The notes under the pieces are model-generated. The model searched no databases. It was not told the origin of the DNA and saw only the letters and a program-made list of their open reading frames with translations. Positions 46,979 through 57,202 of a stretch of DNA of 64,000 bases are shown here, in pieces. Source of the stretch: Candidatus Hadarchaeales archaeon (GTDB lineage Archaea; Hadarchaeota; Hadarchaeia; Hadarchaeales; WYZ-LMO6); contig JAWCKR010000006.1 in NCBI GenBank assembly GCA_038851755.1, positions 2,216 through 66,215 of the forward strand, read 5' to 3'. Every line of letters begins with the position of its first letter. Position 1 is the first letter of the stretch. The position numbers and the translations under genes were made by a program.

Positions 46979-48628
46979 TTACCCCCTCACGGCCCCCTCG
47001 GCGGCCGAGCTGGCATGCTCGGCGTAGAACTTCAGGTACCCCGTCAGGGACACTTTCCTCGGCCTGAAGGCTTTTTTCCTCTCCTCGAGCAGGCCCTCCT
47101 CCACGAGCAAATCCAGCCTGCCCTCCCTCGCATCGATGAGGATTCCATCACCGTCTTTCACCAGGGCTATCGGTCCCCCCTCCACCGCCTCTGGGGAGAC
47201 ATGGCCCACGCACATTCCTCTCGTTCCCCCTGAGAACCTTCCGTCCGTCACCAGGGCCACCTCCTCCAGCATGCCCATTCCGGCCAGCAGGGAGGTGGCT
47301 GAGAGCATCTCCCTCATTCCTGGACCTCCCTTGGGACCCTCATACCTTATCACCACCACCTCCCCCCTCCTGATCCTCTTCTCGGAAATGGCCCTCACCG
47401 CCGCTTCTTCCCCATCGAAGACTCTGGCCTTTCCAGAGAACCGGAGGCTTCTCAGTCCGGCCACCTTCAGCACGGCACCCTTGGGCGCAAGGGTTCCGTA
47501 GAGGATAACGATTCCTCCACTCTTCCTGTAGGGCCTCGAGAGGGGTCTTATGACCTCCCCCTTCATCACCTTCACCCCTTTTAGGTTGGAGCCCACGGTC
47601 TTCCCTGTCACGGTGAGGGGAGTGCCCTTCACCAGCCTCCCCAGCTGCTTCATGAGGGCCGGAATCCCTCCCGCCTCGTGCAGGTCCACCACCATGTGCT
47701 CCCCCCCCGGACGCAGGCTACAGAGTTGCGGGACCCTCTTGCTGAGCCTGTCGAAGACCTCAAGGGGAAGGCTGATTCCCACCTCTCTGGCTATAGCCGG
47801 TAGGTGGAGTACGGTGTTGGTGGAGCCACCCAGCGCCATGTCTACCGTCACGGCGTTTTCGAAGGCGCTCCTGGTCAGGATTCTGCTGGGTCTAATCCCT
47901 CTTCTGAGAAGCTCCATCACCTGCTCGCCGGTCTTCCTGGCGAGCTTGAGCTTCTCCGAGCTCACGGCCGGGCACGTGGCTACGCCGGGCAGGGACATTC
48001 CCAGCGCCTCTATCACGCAAGCCATGGTGTTGGCGGTGAACATGCCCGCGCAGGAGCCAGGGGTGGGGCAGCAGCGGTCCTCTATCTCAAGCGCTTCGTG
48101 CTCCATCAGTTTCCCGCTCTTCACCTCACCCACGGCCTCGAAGGCGGTGATCACATCCACCCTCTTCCCCCTCCACTCCCCCGGCAGCATGGGGCCCCCG
48201 GTGAGCATGATGGAGGGAAGGTCGACCCTAGCCAGAGCCATGAGCATGCCTGGCTCTATCTTGTCACAGCTGGCTATGGCCACCGCCGCATCGAAAGGGT
48301 AGGCTCTCAGCATCAGCTCCAGGCTGTCCGCTATCACTTCCCTGGAGGGGAGGGAATAGCGCATCCCCTCGGTGCCCATGCATATCCCGTCGCAGATGGC
48401 TATGGTGTTGAACTCCATGGGCGTGCCGCCGGCGCACCTCACGCCTTCCGCCACGGCCTCGGCCAGAGCTCTGAGGTGGACGTGTCCTGGCACCACCCTG
48501 TTCCAGGAGTTGGCTATGGCCACCAGGGGACGACCGAGATCGGTGTCGTTGTAACCGCAGGCCTTCAGGAGGGCTCTCTTGGGCAGCCCCTCTATTCCCC
48601 CCACCACCTCTCGGCTGCGGAGTTTCAT
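46979..48628 (-). CDS. ilvD: Dihydroxy-acid dehydratase
   Basis: [19 protein letters not shown] and TDGRFSG motifs. Confidence 0.95.
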   Translation of the reverse strand: MKLRSREVVGGIEGLPKRALLKACGYNDTDLGRPLVAIANSWNRVVPGHVHLRALAEAVAEGVRCAGGTPMEFNTIAICDGICMGTEGMRYSLPSREVIADSLELMLRAYPFDAAVAIASCDKIEPGMLMALARVDLPSIMLTGGPMLPGEWRGKRVDVITAFEAVGEVKSGKLMEHEALEIEDRCCPTPGSCAGMFTANTMACVIEALGMSLPGVATCPAVSSEKLKLARKTGEQVMELLRRGIRPSRILTRSAFENAVTVDMALGGSTNTVLHLPAIAREVGISLPLEVFDRLSKRVPQLCSLRPGGEHMVVDLHEAGGIPALMKQLGRLVKGTPLTVTGKTVGSNLKGVKVMKGEVIRPLSRPYRKSGGIVILYGTLAPKGAVLKVAGLRSLRFSGKARVFDGEEAAVRAISEKRIRRGEVVVIRYEGPKGGPGMREMLSATSLLAGMGMLEEVALVTDGRFSGGTRGMCVGHVSPEAVEGGPIALVKDGDGILIDAREGRLDLLVEEGLLEERKKAFRPRKVSLTGYLKFYAEHASSAAEGAVRG

Positions 48629-48673
48629 CGAGGTCTAAAGAATTTCTTCTTTGGGCTTAAAACTTTCTCGAGC

Positions 48674-49660
48674 TTATTTCTCTATTCCCGCCCACTTCCG
48701 GAGTTCTCTTCCCACCTTCTCTATCAGGTGTTCCTTCCCCTTCTCCCTCATCTCCCGCAGATGGGGTAGCCCCTTCTGGCTTTCCTCTATCCACTCCCTG
48801 GCGAAGGTCCCGTTTTGGATGTCCCGCAGGAGTTCTTTCATCACCTTCCTGGTTTCTTCTCCGATGAGCCTTGGTCCCCTGGTCCTCCCCCCATACTCTG
48901 CGGTGTTGCTCACTGCCGCCATCATCCCTTCTATTCCCCTCTCGTAGATGAGGTCCACAATGAGCTTCAGCTCGTGAAGGCACTCGAAGTAGGCGTTCTC
49001 AGGCTGGTACCCTGCTTCCACCAGCGTCTCGAAACCGGCCTTGATGAGCTCAGATACCCCTCCCACCAGTACCGCCTGCTCTCCGAAGAGGTCGGTTTCG
49101 GTCTCCTCCTTGAAGGTGGTCTGGAGCACACCTATCCTGGTGAGACCTATGCCTTTGGCCATGGCCAAAGCGGTCCTCAGGGCTTTCCCCGTAGCGTCCT
49201 GGAACACCGCCACCAGGCCCGGGGTGCCCGACCCCTGCAAGTACATCTTCCTGAGCATGGCCCCAGGAGCTTTGGGTGCCACCATGATGACATCCACCTT
49301 GGGTGGAGGTACGATCTGTCTGAAATGGATATTGAAGCCGTGGCTGAAGCCCAAGGTCTTGCCCTCCTTGAGGTGAGGGGAGATGGCGTTCCTGTAGAGG
49401 GGTCCCTGTTGTTCGTCAGGGATGAGGAAGTGGAGGATATCGGCCCTCTTGGAGGCCTCCTCAACCTCGTAGACCTCGAAACCGTCCCTCTCCGCCCTTT
49501 CCCAGCTGGGGCCCTTTCTTGCCCCCACGATGACCCTGCAGCCAGAGTCCCGGAGGTTCTGTGCCTGGGCATGTCCCTGGTTCCCGTAGCCTATCACGGC
49601 TATGGTCCTGTTTTCTATCCAGCCCAGGTCGGCGTCTCCATCCAGGTAGATCTTGGACAT
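48674..49660 (-). CDS. ilvC: Ketol-acid reductoisomerase
   Basis: [12 protein letters not shown] and ETDLFGEQ motifs. Confidence 0.96.
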   Translation of the reverse strand: MSKIYLDGDADLGWIENRTIAVIGYGNQGHAQAQNLRDSGCRVIVGARKGPSWERAERDGFEVYEVEEASKRADILHFLIPDEQQGPLYRNAISPHLKEGKTLGFSHGFNIHFRQIVPPPKVDVIMVAPKAPGAMLRKMYLQGSGTPGLVAVFQDATGKALRTALAMAKGIGLTRIGVLQTTFKEETETDLFGEQAVLVGGVSELIKAGFETLVEAGYQPENAYFECLHELKLIVDLIYERGIEGMMAAVSNTAEYGGRTRGPRLIGEETRKVMKELLRDIQNGTFAREWIEESQKGLPHLREMREKGKEHLIEKVGRELRKWAGIEK

Positions 49661-49710
49661 GATGTCCGCCGAGTTTATAGGGAGGTGGGAGTTATAAAGC
49701 TCGCTGGGGG

Positions 49711-50211
49711 TCAGGGGGAACCCTTGTTGTTCCTCGAGAGGTAGACTTGTCCGGAGCGGGCCACCTCTTTCAGCAGGCCCTGACCCAGCGAGGAGAGGAG
49801 ACGCTCCACCTCCTCATGGTTCCCGCCTATCTCTCCTATGAGGCTTCCCTCCTTTATCTCCAGCACCCTCCCTCCAGCAGATTGAACGAGTTTTATGGTA
49901 TCAGACATCTCCTCCTCCTCGAGCTTCCTCGTCTTGAAGAGGCAGATCTCCCTCGCTATGCTGTTCTCTGGCTCCAGCACCTCCACCTCCACGATGGGCT
50001 CCAGCCTGAGGAGGACCTTCCTCATGAAGGCCGCCATCCTGTCATCAGCCTGGAAGAGGATGATCATCCTGGCCAGACCGGAGGGCTCTATGCCCACGGT
50101 GATGGAGTCCATGTTGATCTGCCTGCGGGTGAAGCATCGGGACACCCTCATCATCACACCCGCCACGTTCTCGCAGAGCACGGAGAAGATTCTGGTCTTC
50201 ATCTCAGTCAC
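49711..50211 (-). CDS. ilvN: Acetolactate synthase regulatory subunit
   Basis: ACT domain [15 protein letters not shown]; directly after ilvB. Confidence 0.85.
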   Translation of the reverse strand: MTEMKTRIFSVLCENVAGVMMRVSRCFTRRQINMDSITVGIEPSGLARMIILFQADDRMAAFMRKVLLRLEPIVEVEVLEPENSIAREICLFKTRKLEEEEMSDTIKLVQSAGGRVLEIKEGSLIGEIGGNHEEVERLLSSLGQGLLKEVARSGQVYLSRNNKGSP

Positions 50212-51889
50212 CCACGATCATCTGGTCCAGCTTCCCGCCTGCGGGGACCATGGGCAGCACGTGCTCCTCAGGGTCTATCACCACGTCCAGAACCGCGGGT
50301 TTCCCGCACCTGAGGGCCTCCCTCAGCTTGGGAGCCATCTCTCCCGGTCTAGTGACCCTGTCTCCCCAGGCGCCGTAAGCCTCGGCCAGCTTCACGAAGT
50401 CCGGGCTCTTCCCCAGGTAGGTCTGCGATCTCCTGCCCCCGTAGAAGAGGTCCTGCCACTGCTTCACCATCCCCAGGTAGGAGTTGTCGAAGATGCAGCA
50501 CACCACGTTGATTCCGTTCTCCACAGCCGTAGCCAGTTCTTGGGAGTTCATGAGGAAGCTCCCGTCTCCAGCCACATCCACCACCTTCTTCTCAGGCAGG
50601 GCGACCTTCACCCCCAGCGAGGCAGGGAAGCCGAATCCCATGGTTCCCAACCCTCCGGAGGAGATGAACTTCCTGGGCCCCCTGACGGTGCAGTAGTGGG
50701 CGGCCCACATCTGGCACTGGCCGACCTCCGTCACCACCACGGAATCCTCGTCCAGCACTTCCATGATCTCCTTTATCACCCTCTGGGGTTTCAGGGGGAT
50801 GTCGTCGTAGTCCATCTTGGGGTAGAACTCCCTGCGCATTTGCAGGACCCTCTCCCTCCACTCCGACCTCACTCCCCTCCTCGCCCTCCCCTTCAGGGCC
50901 TTCAGAATCTCCCTGAGGGTGCGCTTGGCGTCACCCACGATCGAGACATCCACCCTCACCAGCTTCCCTATCTCCACGGGATCTATGTCTATGTGGATGA
51001 TCTTGGCCTTCGGGGCGAAGTGCTTGGCGTCCCCCGTGGACCTGTCGCTGAACCTCACGCCCACGCCTATCAGGAGGTCGCACTCCGTCACGGCCAGGTT
51101 GGCGGCCCTCCTCCCGTGCATTCCCAGCATTCCCAGGGAGAGGGGATGGTCCTCGGGTATGCTCCCCTTTCCCATGAGGGAGGTCACGACCGGGGCACCC
51201 AGCAGCTCGGCCAGCTCCACCAGCTCAGGGGAGGCCCCCGACCAGATCACCCCTCCCCCGGCGAAGAGGACCGGGCGCTCAGCCCCCTCGATGAGTTTCA
51301 CGGCTTCCTCCACCCGGTGCGGGTCTGGATCTCGCCTCTCCTTTTCCCTCCTCAGGACCTCAGCGGGTATCTTCACCAGGGCCTTGGAGGTCTGGACATC
51401 CCTCGGCAGGTCGATGTGAACGGGACCTGGCCTGCCCGCCATGGCGATCTGGAAGGCCTTTCTGACCGCCTCCACCAGTTCCTGCACGCTCTTGACCAAG
51501 AAGTTGTGTTTGGTGATGGGGAGCATGAGGCTGAGGAGGTCGGCTTCCTGGAAGGCGTCGGTCCCCAGGAAGGAGGTGGGCACCTGACCGGTGATGGCCA
51601 CCACCGGTGAGCTGTCCATGTAGGCGTTGAGGATGCCGGTCACCAGGTTGCAGGCCCCAGGGCCCGAGGTGGCCATGCATACCCCAGGTCTTCCCAGGGC
51701 CCTGGCGTAGCCGTCGGCGGCGTGGGCTGCCGCCTGCTCGTGCCTCACCAGGATGTGCTTGAGGGAAGGCTCCTCGTAGAGCACATCGTAGACGGGGATG
51801 ATGGCCCCTCCAGGAATCCCGAAGATGTGCCTCACCCCCTCGCTCTTGAGAGCAGAGATGAGGGCAGCAGCACCCGTGATTTCTTTCAT
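50204..51889 (-). CDS. ilvB: Acetolactate synthase large subunit
   Basis: RHEQ, SGPG, GDGSF and LGMVKQWQ motifs. Confidence 0.96.
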   Translation of the reverse strand: MKEITGAAALISALKSEGVRHIFGIPGGAIIPVYDVLYEEPSLKHILVRHEQAAAHAADGYARALGRPGVCMATSGPGACNLVTGILNAYMDSSPVVAITGQVPTSFLGTDAFQEADLLSLMLPITKHNFLVKSVQELVEAVRKAFQIAMAGRPGPVHIDLPRDVQTSKALVKIPAEVLRREKERRDPDPHRVEEAVKLIEGAERPVLFAGGGVIWSGASPELVELAELLGAPVVTSLMGKGSIPEDHPLSLGMLGMHGRRAANLAVTECDLLIGVGVRFSDRSTGDAKHFAPKAKIIHIDIDPVEIGKLVRVDVSIVGDAKRTLREILKALKGRARRGVRSEWRERVLQMRREFYPKMDYDDIPLKPQRVIKEIMEVLDEDSVVVTEVGQCQMWAAHYCTVRGPRKFISSGGLGTMGFGFPASLGVKVALPEKKVVDVAGDGSFLMNSQELATAVENGINVVCCIFDNSYLGMVKQWQDLFYGGRRSQTYLGKSPDFVKLAEAYGAWGDRVTRPGEMAPKLREALRCGKPAVLDVVIDPEEHVLPMVPAGGKLDQMIVGD

Positions 51890-51926
51890 GCTTTATCTCC
51901 CGAGGTGTGCGGGTTATTAACCCTTC

Positions 51927-52217
51927 TCACATCCTCACGAACTGGGCGTGGGCTACCCCCTGTACCCTGAGCACGCACCCTGGATCTATGAGGCCCTCCT
52001 TCACAGCGTCCTCCACGATGGAACCCACCAGGTTGCCTATGGTGGCCTCCCTCATGGCCTGCAGGCACTCCGACACGGTCGCCTCTCTCCCTCGGTAGAA
52101 CTCCTCGCTCACCTTCAACCTTATCTCTCCCTCCTTAAACTCCTTTCCCAGCAGCTCCGCGTCGCACACCGTTACCAGGACCTCCTCTCCCACCCTCCTT
52201 ATCCTGAGTTCGGGCAT
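51927..52217 (-). CDS. DUF424 protein
   Basis: VCDAELLG, FYRG and NLVG motifs; follows aIF-2beta. Confidence 0.85.
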   Translation of the reverse strand: MPELRIRRVGEEVLVTVCDAELLGKEFKEGEIRLKVSEEFYRGREATVSECLQAMREATIGNLVGSIVEDAVKEGLIDPGCVLRVQGVAHAQFVRM

Positions 52218-52624
52218 CAGATGTTCCTCACGGAGGCCCTGGCCCCGCAGGCTTCGCACCTCATCATGTAGACCCTCCCCTGCTTCACCAGCTTGGTGTC
52301 GGGCCTGTTGCAGCTCTTGCACCTCACGAACTCCTCCACGTACCTGTCTATCCTTCCCTTCACCACGGAGGAGGTGAACTTCCCCTGGAAGAGGGCCTGG
52401 GTCCCGTCCGAGCTGCCTGCCGCTCCCAGCTCCCTGAGGAGGTACTTCATGAGGTGCTCGGGTTCCCTGTTGAGGGCGGAGGCTATGGCCTTGAGGTTTT
52501 TGAGGACCGTCCTGGTTCCGGCGGTGACTACTTCCGGCTCGGGTATCTTCAGCCTTTCCTTCTCGGACTCCACCTTGGGGAGGTTCTGCAGGGCCCTCTC
52601 AAGCCACTCCTGGTACTTGTCCAT
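52217..52624 (-). CDS. eif2b: Translation initiation factor aIF-2 beta
   Basis: LNREPEHL..ELG and CKSCNRPDT..CEACGA motifs. Confidence 0.95.
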   Translation of the reverse strand: MDKYQEWLERALQNLPKVESEKERLKIPEPEVVTAGTRTVLKNLKAIASALNREPEHLMKYLLRELGAAGSSDGTQALFQGKFTSSVVKGRIDRYVEEFVRCKSCNRPDTKLVKQGRVYMMRCEACGARASVRNI

Positions 52625-53329
52625 TCACCTCACCCTCTGGTACCTCCCCGCCCTCACCTCAAATACCTCTCCCTCGTCCATGAGGACGAGCAGGACATCC
52701 TCCACCTCCTTCCTCCCCACCCCAAGCTCCCTCTCCAGTTCCTCCTCCCTCACCCCCTCTCCCCTGTCGAGCCTCTCCAGGGCCAGCAGGGTCCTCTTCT
52801 TGAGCTCCTCAGGCACCTTCGGGAGTTCCAGCTCCTCTATCTCCTCCACCTCGACCTCCTCTTCCCCGCCCCCGGGGGAGGCCTCGACCCTCAGCTCCCT
52901 GGCCTCGAGCTTCTTGGGTCTGATGCCCCTGGCCAGAGCCTTTCTCCTGGCCAGCAGGATCTCCAGCTCCCTCACCACCTCCCAGTTCGGGTCTTTGACC
53001 TTGAGCAAGAGGTATGGCCTGAGGTATCTCTCCCCCAGGTACTCCCTCACCCCCCCTATCACGTCCACGAGGTCCCCCACCTTCAGCTCATCGAGTTCCT
53101 TCACGCTTTCTCCCCACCCCCTCAGCGAGATCACGCCCGTGCCGTCGTCCAGGTGGACAGTGCAGTACCCACCGTCTTCCCTCACCCACTTATCCACCAC
53201 CGTCCCCATCACCCTCGCCCTGGAGACCTTCTCCCCCCATGGTGTGATCAGGTGGGGGGCCTCCTCCTCGGAGGAAACGTATTCGCCCTGGAGCAGTTCC
53301 TCCACCTTCACCTTCCGGGCCGCGGCCAT
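52625..53329 (-). CDS. RPA2-like OB-fold/winged-helix protein
   Basis: RARVMGTVV and LDDGTG (OB fold), DPNW, C-terminal winged helix (EGEVFE..Y). Confidence 0.8.
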   Translation of the reverse strand: MAAARKVKVEELLQGEYVSSEEEAPHLITPWGEKVSRARVMGTVVDKWVREDGGYCTVHLDDGTGVISLRGWGESVKELDELKVGDLVDVIGGVREYLGERYLRPYLLLKVKDPNWEVVRELEILLARRKALARGIRPKKLEARELRVEASPGGGEEEVEVEEIEELELPKVPEELKKRTLLALERLDRGEGVREEELERELGVGRKEVEDVLLVLMDEGEVFEVRAGRYQRVR

Positions 53330-53355
53330 TCTTAAACTGTCAGCATGGCTATTAT

Positions 53356-53919
53356 TTGATGCTTGTGATGGGGCTCATCACCTTCCAGCTGTCTGAACTC
53401 CGCAGGTGGGTGGGCCTGGCGGGGGGAAGGGCCAGTCCCCTCCCGGTGGAGGAGGTGCTGGAGAGGGTGAGGAAGGTGGATGGGGAAAGGGGGACGGTCA
53501 CCCAGCTCTTCGACGCCACCAGGGTAGCAGGACTGGCCCACCTCGCCCATGCGAGCAGGCTGGCCCTCCTCGCCCGCTCGAGGGGTTCGGGTTTCGCCGA
53601 CTCCCTTTCCATGGAGCTGGTGTGCTGGGCGGCGGCGGATAGACAGATAGGGAGGGCCCTGGAGAAGGTGGGCCTGAGGAAGGACTCTCGCACCGTGGCC
53701 CTGGTCTCGGTGGGGGAAGAGAGGGAGGCGGTGGAGAAGGCCCTAGAAGACATCATGCGGGAAACGGGGATGAAGAGGGAGGACGGCGTGGTGGAGTTCC
53801 ACCCCTCCAAGGTAAAGATCCTCTCGGAGGTTTTCTCGCTTCCTGAGGAGATGGTCAGGAAACTTGGGGTTCAGAAGCTGGTGCTGGAGAGGGTGGCGCT
53901 CCTGGCTCTGGAGCGGTGA
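53356..53919 (+). CDS. cgi121: KEOPS subunit Cgi121
   Basis: QLFDA..VAG..H, E..AAADRQI..ALEKVG and LERVAL motifs. Confidence 0.8.
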   Translation: MMLVMGLITFQLSELRRWVGLAGGRASPLPVEEVLERVRKVDGERGTVTQLFDATRVAGLAHLAHASRLALLARSRGSGFADSLSMELVCWAAADRQIGRALEKVGLRKDSRTVALVSVGEEREAVEKALEDIMRETGMKREDGVVEFHPSKVKILSEVFSLPEEMVRKLGVQKLVLERVALLALER

Positions 53920-55087
53920 TTTTCTCCGATTTGCACATCTCCGCGAACCTCTTGAGGGCCCGGTAGGTTCCCCTGACCACCAGCCAGTCCCCCGCCTTCA
54001 GTCTCCTCTTTGCCTCAGGCTCGAACAGGTATCTCCTCCCCCTTTCTATCGCCATCACATCCACCCCCACGCTCGTCTCCAGGTTCAGCTGCCCGAGGCT
54101 CTTTCCCTCCAGCCTGGAGCCCTTCTCCACCTTTACCTTGGCCACCTGCTCGTCCGCCCTCGAGAGGGCCTCCGCGAACACTGGGTGCAGTTCCTCCCCC
54201 CTCAGCACCACATCGGCGATGGTGTCAGCCGCGTCCGAGATCTTCTCCAGGCACTTCACCACCTGCAAAAGGCTGTTGAACCTCCTGAGGTCCTGCTCTT
54301 CCCTGCTCGTCTTCAGAGTTTCCAGCCACAGCTGGTAGTTCAGCTTGTCGAATCTCTCCTCCAGCCTCCTGACCTCCTCTGCCAGTTCTCTGGAGGTGAG
54401 GAGGACGGAGGAGTAGGCGAGGTCCACCATCACGCTGCTCAGGTCGTACATCTGGGCCAGCTCCAGCTCCAGCTTGGAAGGCTTCTCCCTTCCCTCCGCC
54501 TGGGCCTTCCTGAGGCCGCTGAGCCTCTGCAGCACGGAAATCCCCCCTTCGGGCCCCCTGGCCACCAGCAGGTCCCCTTCCCTCAGCTCCATGTCAGGCG
54601 GAGGGGGAACGGACCAGTCCTTCTCCCTCTTCACCGCCAGGATTCTCACCCCGATCTTGGAGGGCAGCTCAAGCTCCTCCAGCTTCTTGTGCAGAAGGGC
54701 CGACCCCTCGCCCACGGTTACTTGGGAGATCCTCTCCTCGCAACGGAGGATGGCCTTCTTCACCACCGGGTGTATCTCCATCCCCCTCAGGACCAGGTCC
54801 ACCATGTCATCGGTGGAGTTGGAGAGGGCCTCAGCGGCGCTGGCTATCTGCAGCACCCCTGCGATCTTCCTCGCCTCTTCCACGTTGCGCGCGGCGAGCA
54901 CCGCCACCGTGCGTATTTCGTACATGAGCTTGTCCATCTTCAGCTCCAGCTCCCTCACCTTTTCCGCCAGCTCGCGATTCTCGAAGAGGAGGGAAGCGCG
55001 GGCTAGGTCCATCACCCAGTCCGAAGTGTTCTTCATCTCGGTGAGCAAGCCGCGCACGCTACGTGGCTCTTCCTTGCTTTCTGCCAT
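53855..55087 (-). CDS. Tandem PhoU-like/TrkA-C (RCK_C) regulatory protein
   Basis: Two repeats of (DLAYS..ISDAAD) plus TrkA-C. Confidence 0.8.
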   Translation of the reverse strand: MAESKEEPRSVRGLLTEMKNTSDWVMDLARASLLFENRELAEKVRELELKMDKLMYEIRTVAVLAARNVEEARKIAGVLQIASAAEALSNSTDDMVDLVLRGMEIHPVVKKAILRCEERISQVTVGEGSALLHKKLEELELPSKIGVRILAVKREKDWSVPPPPDMELREGDLLVARGPEGGISVLQRLSGLRKAQAEGREKPSKLELELAQMYDLSSVMVDLAYSSVLLTSRELAEEVRRLEERFDKLNYQLWLETLKTSREEQDLRRFNSLLQVVKCLEKISDAADTIADVVLRGEELHPVFAEALSRADEQVAKVKVEKGSRLEGKSLGQLNLETSVGVDVMAIERGRRYLFEPEAKRRLKAGDWLVVRGTYRALKRFAEMCKSEKITAPEPGAPPSPAPASEPQVS

Positions 55088-55139
55088 GTTCTTGTACATC
55101 TTGAGTTCACCCCAAGAAAAATAAGCGTTTCGAGAGGCC

Positions 55140-56225
55140 TCAGGGCTCCAAGTTTAGGCCCAGTCCCTCCGCCTCCTCCACCGCCCTCCTGAACTCCCGG
55201 GGGCTGAGAGGGCGGTTTATCTCCGGGTATTCCCCTGCCCTGTAGCAGGGACGGTACTGTGCCATCACGTTCACCCTCACCTCCCTTCCCAGGTTCTCCG
55301 CTATCCACCTGAGGACGGGAAAGGTACAGCACTCCAGGTGACCGGGCATCACCAGGTGGCGGATGAGGAGTTCGGCGTCCGAGTGGGCGGTGAGGTGGTT
55401 CCTGGTCACCGTCTCCCAGTACCTGGGTATGCCGGAGTATTTCCTGGCGCAGCGGTCGTTCCCCCACTTGAAGTCCGTCAGGTAGATGTCCTGGGTTCCC
55501 TTCAGGAGCTCCGCACTCTGGGAGCTGTAGTACATGTTGGAGTTCCAGACCGAGCTGAGGCGTCCTTCGTATTCCCTCAGGGTCTCCAAGATGAAGAGGA
55601 GGTGGGGATCGGGGTTACCTCCCACGAAGTTCATGTTCCTGGCGCCCTGTCTTTCGGCCGCCGAAAGGAGGGTGGAAAGCTGTCTGGGAGAGAACTCCTC
55701 CCCCTCCTCGGGGTACTGGGAGATGTCCCAGTTCTGGCAGAAGCAGCACCTGAAGGTACATCCGGAGAAGAAGATGGTGTAGGAGGGGACCAGCACGCTC
55801 TCCTCTCCGTAGTGCATGAACTCGGAGGCTACCCTCGTCCTGTCCACCCCGCAGAACCCCTTCTCCCCCTTCAGCCTGTTGACGCCGCACCGGTGCTCGC
55901 AGAGCTGGCAGGAGGAGAGAAGGCGGTGCGCCAGCTCCACCTTGAGGTCGAGGAGGGAGGACTCGGGCTTCTCCATCTCCTCCAGCTTCCTCCCTCCCCC
56001 GTCCAGGAGGGCCAGGGTCTTCCTGAACTCCTCCAGGGAGAGCCTGTGGACTCTCCAGAGCTCCTCCGTCTCCCAAGAGGGCTCGAAGGGTGCGGGTATT
56101 CTCTTGCACACCTGGAACCTGGGGGGAAGCTCCCCCCTGAGCACCCTGAAGTACCTGGGGAAGGACCTCTTGGCTCTCTCGTCACCCAGCACGGAGAAGG
56201 CGTCGGGTCTGAGAATCCTCCACAT
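55140..56225 (-). CDS. Radical SAM protein, PflX-like
   Basis: CQLCEHRCGVNR, CTFRCCFCQN, IRHLVMPGH and MAQYRP motifs. Confidence 0.88.
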   Translation of the reverse strand: MWRILRPDAFSVLGDERAKRSFPRYFRVLRGELPPRFQVCKRIPAPFEPSWETEELWRVHRLSLEEFRKTLALLDGGGRKLEEMEKPESSLLDLKVELAHRLLSSCQLCEHRCGVNRLKGEKGFCGVDRTRVASEFMHYGEESVLVPSYTIFFSGCTFRCCFCQNWDISQYPEEGEEFSPRQLSTLLSAAERQGARNMNFVGGNPDPHLLFILETLREYEGRLSSVWNSNMYYSSQSAELLKGTQDIYLTDFKWGNDRCARKYSGIPRYWETVTRNHLTAHSDAELLIRHLVMPGHLECCTFPVLRWIAENLGREVRVNVMAQYRPCYRAGEYPEINRPLSPREFRRAVEEAEGLGLNLEP

Positions 56226-56289
56226 TCCCTAAGTTTCAGGGTGAGTACATAGATTTATAAAACGCTCCCAAGGAGAAACTTGGAACGAG

Positions 56290-57171
56290 ATGATCGTGGT
56301 TGGGGGATCGGCCTCCAGGAAGCTCTCCTGGGAGATAGCGAAAGAGCTCGACTGCAGGCTCTCCCAGCCCGAGGTCAAATCCTTCCCTGACGGGGAGCTT
56401 TACGTGAGGATACCGGAGGACCTCTCCGGAGAGGAGGTGGTGGTCGTGCAGTCCACGCCGCCGCCCCAGAACGAGAACCTGATGGAGCTCTTCCTGCTCC
56501 TGGAGGCGGTCTCCGAGCAGGGGGTACGCAGCTTGAAGGCCGTGGTTCCCTACCTGGCCTACGCCCGCCAGGACAAAATTTTCAAGAAGGGTGAGGCCCT
56601 CAGTCTCAAGCTCGTCTCCAAGTTCATAGAGGAGGCGGGGGCGGAGGAAGTGGTGGTGGTGGACATCCACGAGAGGGAGTCCCTCTCCTACTTCTCCGTG
56701 CCCGTGAAGAACGTCACCGCCGCCCCTCTGCTGGGCAGGTACTTCAGGGGGATGGGCCTGAGAGACCCCCTCTTCCTGGGTCCAGATGAGAAGGCCGTCC
56801 AGCAGGCGAGCAGGGCGGCCCAGGAGCTGGGGGCTTCCTTCGATTCCCTGGAGAAGGAGAGGCTTACCCCCGAGCTGGTGGTGACCTCGGGCAAGGAGCT
56901 CCGGGTGAGGGACAGGGACGCGGTAATCATAGACGACATCATAAGCACGGGGGGAACGATAGCTGAGGCGGCCAAGATCCTGAAGAAGTGCGGGGCCAGG
57001 AGGGTCTTCGCCGCCTGCACCCATCCAGTGCTCTCTGGGAACGCGTTGCAGAAGATGACGGACGCGGGGGTGGAGAGGGTGGTGGGGACGAACACCATAG
57101 AGAATTCCCACAGTGTGGTTTCGGTGGCTCCCGCTGTGGTGGAGGGACTCAGGCAGTCCCGTCTCTCCTGA
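56290..57171 (+). CDS. prs: Ribose-phosphate pyrophosphokinase
   Basis: FPDGE, YLAYARQDK and DDIISTGGT motifs. Confidence 0.95.
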   Translation: MIVVGGSASRKLSWEIAKELDCRLSQPEVKSFPDGELYVRIPEDLSGEEVVVVQSTPPPQNENLMELFLLLEAVSEQGVRSLKAVVPYLAYARQDKIFKKGEALSLKLVSKFIEEAGAEEVVVVDIHERESLSYFSVPVKNVTAAPLLGRYFRGMGLRDPLFLGPDEKAVQQASRAAQELGASFDSLEKERLTPELVVTSGKELRVRDRDAVIIDDIISTGGTIAEAAKILKKCGARRVFAACTHPVLSGNALQKMTDAGVERVVGTNTIENSHSVVSVAPAVVEGLRQSRLS

Positions 57172-57202
57172 GTTTTATAGCCTCTCCGTGGCTGGATAGG
57201 AT

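Noticed and set aside
49895-51610. Long antisense or alternate-frame ORFs (also 7422-8765, 24355-26115, 27006-28250, 42895-44139)
   Set aside because: These are shadows of GC-rich genes with biased composition and no recognisable motifs.
55805-55814. Self-target of the spacer (10-nt match here, 9-nt match at 32748-32756)
   Set aside because: Matches this short are expected by chance in 128 kb of two-strand sequence. Both lie within CDSs and share no PAM-like flank.
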